Shown: one piece after another, positions 41,307 to 53,395 of the stretch | Layout: the number at the start of each line of letters is the position of its first letter | How positions within the stretch are numbered: position 1 is the stretch's first letter | DNA from: Octopus vulgaris | Taxonomy: Eukaryota | Assembly: GCA_951406725.2 (NCBI GenBank) | Contig: OX597816.1 | Coordinates: forward strand, 106,454,001 to 106,518,000 | DNA: 64,000 bases | Direction: 5' to 3' | Notes under the pieces: model-generated | What the model saw: only the letters and a program-made list of their open reading frames with translations | Told to the model about the DNA's origin: nothing | The model's database searches: none | Made by a program: the position numbers and the translations under genes

Positions 41307-44300
41307 TTGTTTATGTTCAGTATTATTATAAATGTTTCCAGCTCAGATTCAGTCACAGCCAACTTTTGCTTTTTCTTCTTTCAGCACAAAATAATTACAA
41401 TAAAATACATAGGATCAAATTTAATAGATTATGCTCTCTCACAAAATATATGGCCTTTAGTATTCTTAGAAACCCTAGTTCTGTTATTATAAGTGGTGAT
41501 GGCATTCAATTGACTAATATGGAGATCTGCCAGACAAAATGTTTTGTGATATTTAGCTACATCCCTTTAACTAATATATTGTGCTATGGTCAGCTTTACC
41601 TTCCATATTCCTGGGACTGATAAGTACCAGTCAAGTGCTGAAGCTGATTTAACTGGACTGTACCTTCATCTATCTATGGTCTTTTGATACCAACCCACAG
41701 GACTGCTTCTGATGCTTTGATACAAAGCTTCCTATTTAAAGCGTTCGTACTTAAATTTAATCCTTATATATAAACCCATAACTAAAAACCTTCTGTAAAG
41801 TTATGTTCTAAGCACCAGCTTAATACACCAATTCATAAAAAAGTGAGGTATTTTACTAAATTCCCACCACCCACATAAAAAGAAAAAAAAAATTTTTAAT
41901 TAATTAAAACTCTTATTCAAATATGATGGAGAAAGAGTTAATTTACTGTTCCTTCCCTAGAATGTATGGCATGTACCGATTTTAGAAATCATTATTATTC
42001 AATATACTAGTTCCTCTTTAAAACTTAAAATATTTTTAGTTAATGAGGCAGGAGTGGTTCCAGTAAACTGATGACCTGACCTAAATAGGAATATAGGATC
42101 TAGAATAGCACCATTTAGATTTAAACAACTCTCTATCACCAACCAACAAACAAGCCTTTACATGGTCATTCAATCTACCAGAAATAGCAGCCAAATTTCC
42201 CTCAAATCACATTGTACCACTTAGAATAACAAAAAGAAGACATTAGTTAATGCAGTCCTAGATACACCTACAAGGCAAGATTGCCACAACTGAAATGTCT
42301 TTAAAAACAGGCCTGATCAATTAGAGTTGAACAGAGGCACCACTATTTAGATTTGAATAAGGTTAAAAGGAAACTGACAGGAGCTATAGACGTTCAGTTT
42401 GGTACTTATAGTTCTATTAATTTAACATGTTCACTTACCAAGTTTAATAACTTTTGTTAATAAACTTGTTCAATTCAAACAAGCTTGTTAATCAAATACC
42501 AAACTGCTATCAACTATTTAAACAGATTCTATGAAAAAATATTTCTGGGCAACCTGTTTTAATACAAGATTTGGAGGTCTTGTGTAGAAACTATTCTACA
42601 GGCATGCAAAATTAAAATTTTTATTTTTTTAAATGTTTAAACAATATGGAATGACATTCAGCCACAATGCTTTACATTGCTTCTAAACAGTTTTACACCC
42701 ACTTTCTTCAAGCTTGTAATAAGCTGGTTGATTCTACAATGTTCTGTTTTGTTTTTAATGCTATTTACATCTATTGTTTCATGCATGCATGGTAAGGAAT
42801 GCTCTGTTAGTTGTTCATACTGATGGATAGCCCTTCCTACTGTAAACCACTGAACTATGTAAAAAGTGATAATTGTTTTTGTCAAGTAAACAAATTTGTG
42901 TATGCAAAACTACCTGCTTTGTTTACTAAGGGACACAATACAATGGCTGCAGTAATAAGGCTTGAAGTTTTAACTTGGTATGTGGTTAATAGTTCAATAT
43001 TTTAACCTTACATCCATTATACCTTATATTGGATTTATATGAATTCATATTTATATGAATTGTCTGGAGCGAATTTTTGGCTGCAGAATACTCTTCCTAA
43101 CATTAACCATTCAACTACAGATATCAGAATGATACTGATTTCTGAATCAGATAATTGAGGAAAATTATATGCATAGCAAGGCTGATGGATGAGATCAATC
43201 AAATCAGGTTAAAGGGAATTGTACTTATTAAATATATAAAACAAAATGATTTTTAAAAAGCATTTTTTTAAATCATAAAAAGAAGCACACCCAATCAAAT
43301 TTTGGCACTGTGGAAAGGGATTTTATTTTCTTTTGCTATTAACACAAAAGAAAAAGAAAGCAAGAAAGAATTATTTAATAAGTCATGACTAGTATATATG
43401 CTGTACTATGTATTCTAAGTGACAGGTTAAACAATTTTTTCTCTGTATGTATGAATGTATAACAAAAAGGAAGCCTCTACATGTGACTCAACCTGTTAAA
43501 AAGAACAGTCAAATATTTGCTCTAATCACATACTATTGAAGAACTCAATCATTGAATAACAATCTGAATTTTATTTAAAAGTGGGGTGGTCTGGACTAGA
43601 TTATATTTGCCCAATCAGACTGACTTGAAGCTAAACAACACCATATGAACTATTTATGTTCTAAGTAGAGAAGGTACTAGGATCCTGATTAGGAATCATT
43701 CAGCTCCAAATTAAATTAACTTCTAATTCAAGAAAGCTAAAATGGTCAAATAAGAAAAGATTTTGAATGTTTTAAAGGCTGAATAGAAATAAATATAAAG
43801 AGATTTAATGTAGGTTACATTTAAGTACTCTTTAAAGGATTGCATTCTTGTATAACAACACTTTGCATTGCATCATTCCAATTAGGAAATAGACAAAGTT
43901 CACATCATTATAAAATGACAAAATTCTAATATTTCAGATAGGGTGCCTTAACAGATAAGAAAACTTTTCCTTTTCAGCAAAAGCACCCTGCCACAAAATG
44001 TTAGAATTCAGTTCTCACATGAGAAACTTATTCCATTTTGTGATCTTTAGGCTGATTTTTACAGACACAGATGACACCAGCTTACTCAGAATGAAGTGTT
44101 TTACATTCAATACAGAAAGAACTGAACCAGGAAGGTCATTATATATTGAATATCTAAATAATCTGCAAAGCTAACTAAGCCAAACCAGTATAGGAATATA
44201 GGTAAGAAACAAGATTATTAGACTTTCTTTGTGTATATTGTAACAGTTTGATACAAAACTAAAATTAATCCAATAAATTGAATTGATATTAGTGCATTGC

Positions 44301-46899
44301 TGAAATTTATTCTACTGACCCAAGGATGGAAAAATAAAGTCAGTCTTGGCAAGATTTAAAATCATTCAAATTACTATAAATTCTATTGTCTACTGCTTAT
44401 AGAAATGGCCCTTTCCTTTTTGTTTTATTTTTTTAATCTCATACTAAAAGAAAACCAGATCAACTAAAAACTAAATGAATACAAAAACATTATAGACAAA
44501 CTAGGAAAAATTAATACCCCAACCTAAATAATATAATCAATAAATTTCTATAAAGTCTGAATTTTGTAAATTCATAATAGAAAAAGTGTTTTATTTTTTT
44601 CAATTTTACCTAAAAAATAATTTCATTAAAATTTTATTTACTTCTGATCACATTATTAAAATTACTATTATTAATTATGCATGAATTACTAAAAAGTTGT
44701 TTGTATTAGACATTTCAAACTTTCAAAGTATAAACTATTTTACAACCAATTAACTTTTATTTTTCTAAAAAGGGGTGGGACTTACGTTAAGCTGTTTCTA
44801 AAATTGTAAAATAAAAATGACATCCAGAAGGAAGTTATTAAAATTAAAATGAATAAAACCACTAATTCCAACAATTGCAATTTTTGGGAAAGAAACAAAT
44901 GTTATTTAGAGAGTAACGAATTGATATGAAGCTACCCATCTGCTGGCATTGGCATTAACAAACGGGAATCATTAGTTTGGTAACCCATAAAAAGATAGTG
45001 CCACCTATCCAGTTCTGCTTTGTTTATTTTTTCCCCTCTTTCTCCAGTTAAGTTGCTTGTGCTCTATATTCTAGCTAAGAAAGTCTCACATGTCACCAAT
45101 AGAAAACTTGATATGAGAATTACTGTGCTCATTGCATTTTGTGGGAAAATTTCAGGACCAAACATAAATTGGTTAGCACATAAAAACAATGGAAATAATC
45201 CAAAGAAATAAAGAATTGCTATTGTTAATCATTACCACATGTAGAAGGTTAATGGTGTCTTTGAACAAATAATTTCTAAATGTGTTATGAAAATTCTTTC
45301 TGTGAGTCATTCATTTAAAAACACATTTTTTTTTCTCTCGAAAAGTAGGATTTAATTTAAAAGTTTAAATAGAAAGAAAATCTATTTATAAGGAGTTTTT
45401 TTTTTTTTATTTAAGTTGCTAGAATTAGGAAAAAAACATTCCACTAAGAAATGTTTAGGCATTATGTGGGTGGAAAAGAGTACAAAACTGATTTTGTGGA
45501 CAAAAATAAGTTTACTTTGGTTTTGGGGTGAGAAGGCGTACTAGTTACAAACAGGAGATATATATTAACACCAAAAAGATAGCCGTGTATCTGAGTCATC
45601 AGCTGGCCCAGTGATGCCGGAAGAGGAGCACATGAGCTAGTGATAACTCTTAGACTTTTCTCTCTCTCACACATTTTTATATATATACGCACACACACAC
45701 ATTTACGCCCACAGAAGTACAACAAGCATGTGTTAGTGAAGGCGAGAAATTTTAATAGAAATAGTTTATGAAAATATATGTAAAGAGAGAAATGAATTTT
45801 ATATGAATATAAAATTAACTTTGCATTTAATTCCTACAAAATTCAGAATGTACTTTACTCGGCAAGAAACTTGACATTTCCAAAAACCACCCATATGACT
45901 TATGTGTATGCTTGCTTGTATATAAATTCACATACAAATCAATAAAAGAATAAGCAATGAAATGACTAAATTCATTTAGTTTTCATATGCACAGCGATCT
46001 ACGACAGTTCCTGGTTATCACATGACAAAGATAAAATATCTGTTTCAACGAGTAGAATTATTAATGATCAAGAGGGGAAATAAAATAACGAATTAACACG
46101 ACTGTCGACAAAATGTAGTCAAAAAAGGGACCAAACTTTATAACGTTCAATAAATTTGGTTGACAAAATATTTAAAAAAAAAAATTAATTCAAACTGGAT
46201 ATATAATTGAGGGTTAATTTATTCGTATCCGACCGGTTGAATTATTCAGTCTTCATTTAACTCTTAAATTAACATAGAATAGTAGTGAAGTGAAAATTAT
46301 AAATTCTATTCTTTCTACTCTCGTCACGGAGTTTATTATTAATATCATCATTATTATTATTATGAAATGCTAAATATTTACGAATCAGTAATATTCTCAG
46401 ATCTTTTTACAAACTTCAGTGAAATATTATTTTCGTAAACATAGATAGGAAGACAAATAGAGATTACTTCAATCACCGAGAAAATTAAGATCAGTACACT
46501 TCAAAAAAATCAAAAAAGGAACTAGATATCGAGTTATTCAAGGGGGAGTGTAATAAGAAATCGAGATCGGTGACAAGTCAGTCTCGAGAAATAGAGCTGA
46601 ACTGAACTATGTTAAAATAGGGGGAAAGTAGTGCATAAGGGTGGAGTAGAGACAAAGTTGATAGTCTCTAAAACGAAGGCAAAAACAGTGGTATGTCACT
46701 GAATACATAAGGAAAGAGAGGAGCAGGTGTCGATTAGAGCTGGGCTTGTGTAACAAAATTTTAGCTATTATATAAACTAAGCTGTCACGAAATTTAAAAG
46801 TATTGATACACAACCAAAGCACATACACATCTAAATTAGATAATGCTTAAAACAATAGATATCATTTACCAGACACACCTACAAAAATTAAAATAAAAA

Positions 46900-47103
46900 C
46901 GAGCCAACTAGGAGCTTCTACGTGGTCGTTCGACCTGCTAGAAATGACAGCCAGATCTCTCTTAAATCACACACCCCCCAGTCTTAAAGAGAGACACATT
47001 AGATAATGTGGTCGTAGATAAATAAGATCGTTTAGTCACAACTGGGGCATCTTTGGTTATATGACCGCTCAATCAAAGCTGACATGGGGGCAAAACAACA
47101 ACA
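46900..47103 (+). repeat. Interspersed repeat family C (about 200 bp, representative). Other copies at about 690-875, 1705-1885, 7570-7730, 12625-12852, 21620-21815, 39920-40105, 42150-42340, 43465-43640, 49225-49420, 49890-50055 and 60100-60250
   Basis: Recurrent CTGCTAGAAATAGCAGCCAAATCTCCCTCAAATCACA...GCCTTTGATCATAGG...CTAAACAACAAC on either strand. Confidence 0.7.
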
Positions 47104-47480
47104 AATAAAAAACACTGAAAAAATTGATCATGAAGGGAACCACGCCCTCTCCGTTTTCTAACAAAATAAAATCGCGTCAAAGTATAGAAAACATACGAAA
47201 ACAAAACTAAAGCGAATGTTGAATAAATTTATTTTCTTTCCCAAATCAAACATAATACTGAGGTGTTGGTTTGTAAACTATATACTATATACCACTAGAC
47301 AGTTACGGTAGTTGTAAAGTCGTTCGCAAGTATGTTAAAATATTATAGATGAGGAACGATTTCCTAGTTAAAGACTTGGTCTTACTCCAAATATAAAGTA
47401 CGAATGCTATATTGGTTTATAGAAGAAATGCTCCTAATTTCTTAACAGATGAAATGTGAAGTGGTAAATCAGCAACTTAC

Positions 47481-47524
47481 CCGGTGCCATTGTCAATGAC
47501 AACGGCAGGCAATCGGCCAGACAT
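47481..47524 (-). CDS. ACTR3: Actin-related protein 3 (Arp2/3 complex), first coding exon only
   Basis: The reverse strand reads ATG TCT GGC CGA TTG CCT GCC GTT GTC ATT GAC AAT GGC ACC GG|GTAAGT, i.e. MSGRLPAVVIDNGTG. This matches the Arp3 N-terminus (MAGRLPACVVDCGTG), has a perfect GTAAGT donor, and matches the 44-nt phase-2 first coding exon I recall for vertebrate ACTR3. Confidence 0.93.
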
Positions 47525-47760
47525 CGCTCTCGTTTGTGTTAGAAATATCGACGCCTATCAGCTTACTCTCTTTACTGAATAGCTGTTGAGAGAGTAGATT
47601 CTGTACAAAGAGAACGTACACGCTTCAAGCAGACACGTTAAGGTCTCAGACTTGCACGTCAAATCGAATGTCAGTGAACAGCTTCAAAAGAACCGACTGT
47701 GCTGTATGTGTGTATGAGGAGGAAAAACGCTACCAGGTGTTATAGCAAGATGGCGGCTAC
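47525..47760. promoter_or_regulatory. CpG-retaining 5'UTR/promoter of Arp3, probably bidirectional
   Basis: CpG is visibly frequent here compared with the CpG-depleted flanks. An exact YY1 consensus CAAGATGGCGGC lies at 47746-47757 on the + strand, about 225 bp from the Arp3 ATG. Confidence 0.65.
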
Positions 47761-47762
47761 TG

Positions 47763-47822
47763 ATGGGACAGCCTCAGTCTGGTGGCATAAACGAACATAA
47801 TCAGCCGCTTGTTCGTATTCCG
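47763..47822 (+). CDS. Candidate first coding exon of an unidentified divergent gene (MGQPQSGGINEHNQPLVRIP)
   Basis: An ATG lies just after the YY1 motif, with 20 open codons ending at a plausible donor CCG|GTAGGA and an MGxxxS myristoylation-like start. No downstream exon was identified. Confidence 0.3.
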
Positions 47823-47871
47823 GTAGGATTGCTCTCCCCTCCTTACGACTAGAGAGGAAGATAAATGTGCT

Positions 47872-48693
47872 TAAAAGAGAGAGAGAGAAACAAACAGATA
47901 GAAAAAGAAATAAACAGAGACGGGAATTTTATTTTTCAAAGAGTGAAGGCAATAAGTTGGAGAGAGAGACAAAAACAAATAGAAAAGAAAAAAGTAATGA
48001 GAAGGAATAAGAGGGAATGTATGTGAAAGATTACTTATCAGAGTGGATAGGAAAAAAGTAGAAATTATGAAAAAGTTAACAGGAGTTAGAGAGAGTAAGA
48101 GAAAAAGATAAGCGACAGATTGATGAGACAAAGAGAGAGAAATGAGAAGTTAAGTGATAGACAAAGTTAAGCAGAGTAGTGGGAGAAAGAGTGAGAGTGG
48201 GGGACTGAGATAGGAAAGATGAATAGTAAAAAAGGGTGTGTTATATGAGAGAAAATGTGAGAAATGAACAGAAAAACCAGATAAGTTGTGAGACGGGGAG
48301 GGGAGAGAAAAGGCGAAGATAAATGAGACAGAGAGGGAGAGAAAGAGAATAAATAATTCAGAAGTGAGAAAAGGAGACAAGGGAATAACTTAGAAGATAT
48401 GAAAAATAAGAACTAATGAAAGGCGAAGTGAATGAAATAGTCAAGAGAAAGAAACCAAAAGTTGTTTAGAAAGTTTAATAAAAAGTGGAAATAACAAAAG
48501 AAAGATTTTGGGAAGAGTTGGAAAGAGAAAGAATTGACAGAAAGTAAAGGTGAAGGTGGAATAAGAAACAAAGTGTGGGAGAAAGAGAGAGGTGACATAG
48601 AAATAAGAATGAAAAGCACAGAGACTAAGAAAAAATTAAAGAAGACGTGACAAAAAAGGAAGAAATAAAAACAGAGAGGAGTATAAAAGAGGG

Positions 48694-48789
<96 letters not shown>

Positions 48790-48810
48790 CAGATAGACAG
48801 ACAGGCAGAC
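47872..48810 (+). repeat. Purine-rich low-complexity tract ending in (GATA)n/(GACA)n (48694-48810)
   Basis: Read directly from the sequence. Confidence 0.9.
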
Positions 48811-50769
48811 AAAGGCAAAGTTAGACTAGATGAGAGAGAGTGTGTGTAAGATGAAGTATGTTTCCAGAACTCTTCAAATCTTATCACTTCTCAAGTCAAT
48901 TTTCACATTCTTATCTTGGTCTGTTGATTTTGATAGTAATGTAATAATCTTGAATAAATAGCCTTATTGTTTCGAACATAGAAATGATAAAAATAAATAG
49001 ATTAAAAAATAAGGTGAAATAAAGAATAGAAGAAATGAGTAAGTATAATTAAACTAGAACATATTCAGAGCTGTTTAGGTTTCCCTCTTGCAAGTTATCT
49101 TGCTTCAAATGATCAATGTGATATGGTGTCTAACACAAAGGATTACTGTACTCATCTATTTTGTAACCAATGAAATACAGAAACTATCTTTAATCCAATA
49201 GTGATTGTTGTTGTTGCTATAGAGGGGAAGGTTGTCATTTAGCTACAAGTTAGCCCTGCTCAAGGTATTTTAAGTATTCTAAACATGACCATGTGTCTTT
49301 TATTCAATAATACTGTGTCTTCATTTACAGTATCCAATGTGTCTCTCGTTTACTGAAGACAGCAGGATGCAATATGAGAGAGATTTAGTTGCTATTTCTT
49401 ACAAAGCGTCTTTCATTGCCTTGTCAAAATTAAATACTGATTGAGAAGCAGGCTGCATGAGACATGGCTCAACACCCAGCAAGCCACAAGTCTTTGGTCA
49501 ACCTAAGGCTGTAGTAGAAGATACTTGCTCAAAGTACCACACAGTAGGACTGAACTGGGAACCAAATCATTGAGAAGCAAGATTTTTAACCATAGTGTCA
49601 TGCATGCTGTGTGGTGTCTATCAATTGACAGAAATTTTTGGACAATATAACCAAAGTTGACTGGAGTGGATTTGATTTTTAAAGCTGACTGATCTTATTG
49701 GACCTCATCAGTTTGCAGTATATTCTATTCAGTAACACTAAGTAAAAAGAAATAGAAAGAATGTAATAACACTGATTATAAACATCAATAATATAGCTAA
49801 GAGGAAATATTTCAGGTGAGCTTTCTTTATACAAGTGAAAGGCCGCAAAAGTCACAGCCATTTTCCTTCTTAACTAAAGAAATAAGAGGATTGCTTGACC
49901 TCTCAGAAAAAGCAGCTGAATCTCTCTCAGATTACACCAAAATTGTTAATGAATTATAGATACACAATGACCAAAGAAATGACAGAATGGTCCAGACTGG
50001 AATGTCTTTGACAATAGGTTTGCTCAGTCATGGGTGACCAGGGACTAAACAGTAACAACTACCATAAAAAACACTTTCCAGTGGACATACAGTACAACCA
50101 GGCTCCCAAAGAGTACTGCCACCCTCTAGGTGCTAATACTGGTATCAGTTTAAAAGGGGATTATAAAGGAAGGCATTTTCCAGGGCTCATGGGACTTATT
50201 ATTCTTTTGAAATTACCATCAGCTTTGGTTTTCATCCTTCTGCGTATTGGTAAAATAAGTACTAGTCATGTACCAGAGTCATTTCTTTCAACTATACCTC
50301 TCTCCTGCAAATATGTGGCTTTGTGTCAGTCAGCACTAAAGTTTTTTGGGGTTTTTTTATCATGTTATGCACTGCCCATTTTTACATATTACATATAGGT
50401 CAAGAATAAAGATGGAATGTAGTGTTAAAAGGACAGTAGTCTGAAAGATGTGAAGAAATTCAATCAGTTAAATGCTCCAATTTTCCAGAGCTTGGGCAAT
50501 ACAGACAGTGCAGAAGTAAGGACGTCTATCTTGGACACTGTGAAATGGTCATAATCACATGAGTTACCCTATGAAGACATACATTGATCAAGTAGTGGTT
50601 GACTATGGACGTCAACAAGAGACACTATCACATACTATGGAAGACATTGATAGGTAATGGATCAGGTTCATGCATCTGAGCAAACTCTACATCATGGTGG
50701 TGGTGGTGGTGGTATTGGTGGTGTTGCTGCTGCTGCTACCTCCACCACCGCTGCTGCTGCTGCTGCCGA

Positions 50770-50903
50770 GTGAATCAATCTTAGCAGTATAATCAAAATC
50801 TTCTCTATTACATACTGACATATTAAGATGAGTGTCCTCATAACAACTATTATAGTCCCAACAATTTTGCCTTTGTGCTCTTTGGTCTTCATCAGGCACC
50901 TCT
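50770..50903 (-). mobile_element. Degenerate Penelope-like tail with decayed hammerhead core
   Basis: The reverse strand reads CCTGATGAAGACC...AGGCAAAATTGTTG...TATGAGGACA, parallel to the 56.85-kb motif but with GAAA lost. Confidence 0.45.
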
Positions 50904-51214
50904 CATTTTTGGTAATGTTCTTGAAATTTTGAACCCAACCCTCTATTAAACCTATGAGACTAGATTGCTTTCATTCTATTTTCCATATTAAAGATATTCT
51001 CTCATTAATTTTTCTCATAGATGTGATATTACTTACTAATTCTGCTTGAACTAGAGTATATATTGCTCACTGACCTAGGAAATGAGAACAATATACTCCA
51101 GTTGATTTAAAATTCCAAGAATATTATGAAATATAACATGAACCTGAAAAAGGCCCATGAATATAAGTCATGATAATATCACTATAACAACGGAAACAAG
51201 GATACTAGTTCAAA

Positions 51215-52485
51215 TCTCTCTATATATAAACGGCAGTTTGTCTGTCTGCGTGTCTGTGTGTCTGTCAGGTTGTACCCTCACCCTGACCACGGCTTTCAAC
51301 CGATTCTGATGAAACTTGACACACACATAGCCCAATGTCATAATTCAAAACTAACACAGCGAAAATTTTTAAAAGTTGCCCCAGTTCTGAAAAAAATTGA
51401 TAAATTCAACATGGGGTCCAGAATCTAAGCTTTTTATATGTAACATATTTTCTGTTGTAGTTTTCGCAAATTGCAATCGATTTTCATCAATCTCATGGTG
51501 AAGCTTAATGTTACCCTAAGAAACTTAATTCTGACGTTAGTTTTCCATGCAATACTTTACCATCAGAAAAAATCGATAAAATCATGCCATTTTGGGAAAT
51601 CGCGTTCAAATTCAAGATGACATATTTTCGACAATATCTTTCACAAATTGGCAGGAATTTTTTTTTAAATTCACAGCGAGCATCATGTCTGCTCCAAGGA
51701 GCTATATGGCCCTTTTTATTCCAATAGAATACTTTATTACTGGAAAAAATCGGTAATTAAATCATATGTGGCACACATAGCAAACCGATTTCTGTATTAA
51801 ACACAAACCACAGACTGTCTATGGGACGCAACTCGACCTTTTTAACTCTCTTAGATAGGACAGCAGACCCCGCCGAGCTTGCCGATTATCCTGTTGAATT
51901 CCTGAATTCACTTGAACCGCCAGGCCTGCCGCTACACATCCTCAAGTCCAAAGTCGGTGCGCCCATTATGCTCATCAAGAATTTGGTTCCACCTAAACAG
52001 TGCAACGGCACACGTCTGGTTGTGAAACATTTGGCACCACATTTAATAACGGCCACAATACTTACCGGTTGTGGGAAGGGAGAGGACGTCTTCATTCCAC
52101 GCATGCACCTTCAACCGTCGGGCGCTGACCTACCAATCCACTTCAGGCGTTCTCAGTTTCCTGTTAAACTCTGCTTCGCAATGTCCATCAGTAAATCCCA
52201 AGGCCAAACGCTACAAGTCGCTGGGTTACAGTTGGGTGAACAGTGCTTCACCCACAGTCAACTCTACGTGGGCTGTTCACGCATTGGGAGGCGCAATGAT
52301 GTTTTCATGTTTTCGCCCAAAGGGACAGCTAGGTACATCGTATACACAGAAGTATTCGAGTGAAGAGAAGACATTGCAACCTACACATGCGCCTTCGTTC
52401 CCTAGAGGGAAAGGACTAGATTAGGATTAGTTGTTGCCTACTAGGGGCTCTTACATACCCGGGCAACGCCGGGCTATGCTGCTAG
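51215..52485 (+). mobile_element. Helitron, internally deleted/non-autonomous, both termini intact
   Basis: 5' end A|TCTCTCTATATATAAA followed by a (TGTC)-like tract; 3' hairpin CCCGG-gcaacg-CCGGG (52458-52473) then CTAG|T. Inserted between A and T with no TSD. Carries a PIF1 helicase fragment. Confidence 0.92.
51821..52363 (+). pseudogene. Helitron Rep/Hel C-terminal PIF1-like helicase fragment
   Basis: Motifs YPVEFLNSL.PPGLP.H.L..KVGAP.ML..NL....CNGTRL, R.QFPVKLCFAM.I.KSQGQTL and FTHSQLYVGCSR are characteristic of Helitron PIF1 helicases. The Rep domain and N-terminal motifs are absent. Confidence 0.9.
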
Positions 52486-52523
52486 TATGTCATTATAATA
52501 ATGTTTATATTTCAAGTAAGAAA

Positions 52524-53392
52524 TACTCGTCAGAGTGTAAGTACCTTGAGAGAAAAGTTGGCCCTAAGAAGCATCAGATATGGTGTGCAAGAGAGACGAC
52601 TACACTGGTATGGTCATGTTGCGAGAATGGGTGAGGATAGCTGTGTGAAAAAGTGCCACACACTAATGGTTGAGGGAACCTGTGGAAGAGGTAAACCCAG
52701 GAAGACCTGGGATGAAGTGGTGAAGCATGACCTTCCAACATTAAGCCTCACCGAGGCAATGACTAGTGACCAAGATTTTTGGAAATATGCTGTGCTTGAA
52801 AAGACCCGGCAAGCCAAGTGAGACCATAACCTCGTGGCCTATGCCAGGGGTGTAACCAGCCCACTTATGCATACCTTTCCTTCATTGGACACTAAACTCT
52901 GCTTGCAAAGACCTGTTGAAGCAAGTGAAATCAAAATTGAAATCAAATTTGATGACTGGCATCTGTGCTAGTGGAGCGCTAAGAGCACCATCCAAGCGTG
53001 ATCATTGCCAGAGCAGTTAACTGGCTTCCATGCCAGTGGCACGTAAGAGGCACCATTCGAGTGTGATCATTACCAGCGTCGCCTTACTGGCATGTGAAAA
53101 ACATTGGAGCGAAGTCGTTGCCAGTGCCACTGGACTGGCTCCTGTGCAGGTGGCACGTAAAGAACACCATTTGAGCATGGCCATTGCCAGTACTGCCTGA
53201 CTGGCCCTCATGCCAGTGGCACGTAAAAGCAGCCACTACACTCCCGGAGTGGTTGGCGTTAGGAAGGGCATCCAGCTGTAGAAACTCTGCCAGATCAAGA
53301 TTGGTGCCTGGTGCAGCCATCAGGCTCACCAATCCTCAGTCAAATCGTCCAACCCATGCTAGCACGGAAAGCAGACGTTAAACAATGATGAT
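52524..53392 (+). mobile_element. 5'-truncated RTE-clade LINE, same family
   Basis: ORF 52501-52821 is very similar to the copy at 31.5 kb, with the same UTR sub-repeats and GAT tail. Confidence 0.85.
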
Positions 53393-53395
53393 ATA

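Noticed and set aside
44086-44162. Minus-strand segment with AG and GTAAGC boundaries as a possible Arp3 exon
   Set aside because: The translation (LFRYSIYNDLPGSVLSVLNVKHFIL) has no Arp3 similarity; likely a pseudo-exon.
47763-47822. MGQPQSGG resembles the PSMC1 N-terminus (MGQSQSGG)
   Set aside because: Similarity stops after 8 residues and the lysine-rich KKKYEPP segment is absent, so no symbol was assigned.
50030-50398. 122-aa ORF; likewise 10111-10524
   Set aside because: Runs across SINE/RTE repeat fragments with no recognisable domain.
51306-51316. CTGATGAAAC inside the Helitron
   Set aside because: No room for stem II; it is a common Helitron internal motif.
52960-53240. Regularly spaced repeats suggestive of a CRISPR array
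   Set aside because: Eukaryotic context, degenerate tandem units without unique spacers, no cas genes, and part of an RTE 3'UTR.
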